Assembly (NCBI GenBank): GCA_964022095.1
Contig: CAXHZO010000001.1
Span: forward strand, 192,001 to 256,000
Direction: 5' to 3'
DNA length: 64,000 bases
From: an uncultured Arcobacteraceae bacterium
GTDB taxonomy: Bacteria; Campylobacterota; Campylobacteria; Campylobacterales; Arcobacteraceae
Numbering within the stretch: position 1 is the stretch's first letter; each line of letters starts with the position of its first letter. Of this stretch, positions 62,020-64,000 are shown piece by piece. The translations under genes were made by a program, and so were the position numbers. The notes under the pieces were generated by a model. It searched no databases, had not been told where the DNA came from, and was given only the letters and a program-made list of their open reading frames with translations.

Positions 62020-63633
62020 TTAATCGATTCTACATAGCATAACTTCGTCAACAACGGCTCTTGCTATTTGATCTGTCTCTACAATCACGTGTTCTAAATG
62101 TAGAGTTTCTAATGTAACTTTATCATTTTCACTAGTTACTGTTACAATAGTTTTACTATTGTGAGTTAAAGAATCTACTGCTTCACAGATTAAATGTAAG
62201 GCTTCTGGGTTATTCACTGCAACAATAACAGCAGATGCTTTTTTAATATTTAATGAACTTAAAATATGTTTTTGCGCAGCATTACCAAATACTATTGGTT
62301 CACCCCTACTTTGTCCTAATTGGAAGAATTTCACATTATGTTCTAATATCACATAATTTTGATTAAAGTTTTTCAATTGTTTTACAATTGATTGTCCAAA
62401 TCTACCATACCCAAGTACAACTACATGGTTTTCAGTATCTTCATCAATTGGATTAGCATTACATACCATCATCACATCTTCAGGTATTAATTTAGCTGCT
62501 GCTTTTGATAAATTCTTTAAAATAATAGGAGTTAAAATCATTGATATAACTATTGTTACAATTAATATTTGTGAATAAGTAGGATCAACTAAATCTTGAC
62601 TTCTAGCTAATTCTAAAATAGCTAGTGAAAACTCACCAATTTGAATTAAAGAAAGAGCTGTTTTAAAAGCAACTCTTTTATTATCTTCGTATCTAACTAA
62701 TGTGTAGATAATTATGTATTTTAGTCCCATTAAAATAGGAAGAAGTACTAAAATCACTAAGATATAATCAGCAATAATGGTAAAGTTAATTTGCATACCA
62801 ACAGTAATAAAGAAAACACCTAATAAAATATTTCTAAAAGGAATAAGGTCAGCTTCAACTTGATGTTTAAACTTAGTCTCTGCAATCATCATACCTGCAA
62901 CAAATGCACCAAGTGAATATGTAAATCCAAAATAATATGCCATATATGAAGAACCAATTGCAAGTAATAAAACTGATGCTACAAAAAGTTCATCTGATTT
63001 TGTATTAGAAACATGTGTTAAAAATGGCTCTAATAAATATCTACCACTAAAGTATAAAAGTGCTAATAATACAACTGCTGCTAATACAGTTTTACCAATC
63101 ATTAAACCTACACTACTTCCTTCACCCATTGTAAAGAAAGAAATCATAAGAAGAATTGGTATTACCGCAATATCTTGCATAATTAAAATACCTAAAACTC
63201 TTCTACCATGAGGTCTATTTATCTCTTTTGTTTCATTAAAAGTTTTTAATACAATTGCAGTTGAAGATAGGGCTAATGCAGCACCTATGATAAGTGCTGT
63301 TTGAGTTCCAAGTCCAATTACAAATTTACCTAATAAAAATACAACTAAAGCTGTAACTATTATTTGTAAACTTCCTGTAAAGAAAACTTCTCTTTTCATC
63401 TTTTTTAAATGCTCAATTGAAAACTCAAGTCCAATTGTAAACATTAGGAAAACCACCCCAAACTCAGCAATTTCTTTTAATTCGTGATTATTAACTGCAT
63501 CATGAAGATTAAATACATAAGCAATTATAGTTCCCGTTAAAATATATCCTATAATAGTAGGAAGATGAAATCTTTTTAATATTAAATTTACAACCAATGC
63601 TATTAAAGTTGTAGAAACTATAATTCCTAACAT
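62020..63633 (-). CDS. CPA2-family cation:proton antiporter (KefB/KefC-like) with TrkA-N domain
   Basis: AEFGVVFLMF.IGLE, LSSTAIV, QDIA, LGAF.AG, QIGEF, GYGRFG. Confidence 0.93.
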   Translation of the reverse strand: MLGIIVSTTLIALVVNLILKRFHLPTIIGYILTGTIIAYVFNLHDAVNNHELKEIAEFGVVFLMFTIGLEFSIEHLKKMKREVFFTGSLQIIVTALVVFLLGKFVIGLGTQTALIIGAALALSSTAIVLKTFNETKEINRPHGRRVLGILIMQDIAVIPILLMISFFTMGEGSSVGLMIGKTVLAAVVLLALLYFSGRYLLEPFLTHVSNTKSDELFVASVLLLAIGSSYMAYYFGFTYSLGAFVAGMMIAETKFKHQVEADLIPFRNILLGVFFITVGMQINFTIIADYILVILVLLPILMGLKYIIIYTLVRYEDNKRVAFKTALSLIQIGEFSLAILELARSQDLVDPTYSQILIVTIVISMILTPIILKNLSKAAAKLIPEDVMMVCNANPIDEDTENHVVVLGYGRFGQSIVKQLKNFNQNYVILEHNVKFFQLGQSRGEPIVFGNAAQKHILSSLNIKKASAVIVAVNNPEALHLICEAVDSLTHNSKTIVTVTSENDKVTLETLHLEHVIVETDQIARAVVDEVMLCRID

Positions 63634-63645
63634 GTCCTAATCTCC

Positions 63646-63999
63646 TTATTTATAATGCATTTGCTTATACCCTTCTAATCTTTTCTTATATGATGAGTTT
63701 AACATTGCATTTTTTGAATCTAAAAAATCTATAGCAAGACACTCTTGATTTCCTCTACCAATTCTTCCTAAATACTGCACTAGCCTTCCATAATAGGAAA
63801 TGGGTGTTGCAAAAAGAATTGTATTTAGATGTGGAAAATCAATACCTTCACCAAAATATGAAGTAGTAGCTAAAATTAATGATTTCTCTTTTACAAGTTT
63901 CATATTTTCAACTTGCTGCTTTTTATTCATACTTCCATGAACACTAACAAAGTCTATATTTTCATTTTGTAATAACTTTTGTAATGAATTTATATGTTC
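63646..63999 (-). CDS. SF2 DEAD/DEAH-type helicase, C-terminal part (truncated by window)
   Basis: Frame is open to the window end (..VHGSM); LAT...GEGID.P.L and QYLGRI.R motifs V/VI. Confidence 0.85.
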   Translation of the reverse strand, partial: EHINSLQKLLQNENIDFVSVHGSMNKKQQVENMKLVKEKSLILATTSYFGEGIDFPHLNTILFATPISYYGRLVQYLGRIGRGNQECLAIDFLDSKNAMLNSSYKKRLEGYKQMHYK

Positions 64000-64000
64000 T

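Overview
AT-rich chromosomal segment of a Campylobacterota bacterium, most likely Arcobacteraceae. This is inferred from gene content: MutS7, an ArsS-type kinase, many REC/PAS/GGDEF proteins and CIRCE+HAIR control of groESL. Most of the window is minus-strand housekeeping genes (leuA, ftsH, prmA, dusB, dksA, rlmH, thiE, accD, metK, glmS, suhB, groESL, ispA, panD, xseA, ubiE, mfd), with hisH/hisA on the plus strand and c-di-GMP and two-component modules interleaved. No rRNA, tRNA, IS element, prophage or CRISPR array was seen. Main observations: (1) a phosphate-starvation island at 52.3-61.4 kb, where three promoters share Pho-box geometry and drive a PhoX/choice-of-anchor-I fusion lipoprotein, an OlsF-like ornithine-lipid synthase, and an uncharacterised translationally coupled 4-gene operon (di-haem c protein, NiCoT/RcnA-like permease, DUF1007, small periplasmic protein) that may be a periplasmic metal-supply/maturation system; (2) an unannotated Leu4 leader peptide before leuA; (3) a six-copy TGGAAAACAA array in the metK leader; (4) a ~170-nt structured, GGA-rich sRNA candidate beside a 45-aa secreted His-His-Met peptide gene; (5) an apparent ATC start codon. 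All functional calls come from motif recognition by eye; no searches were run.
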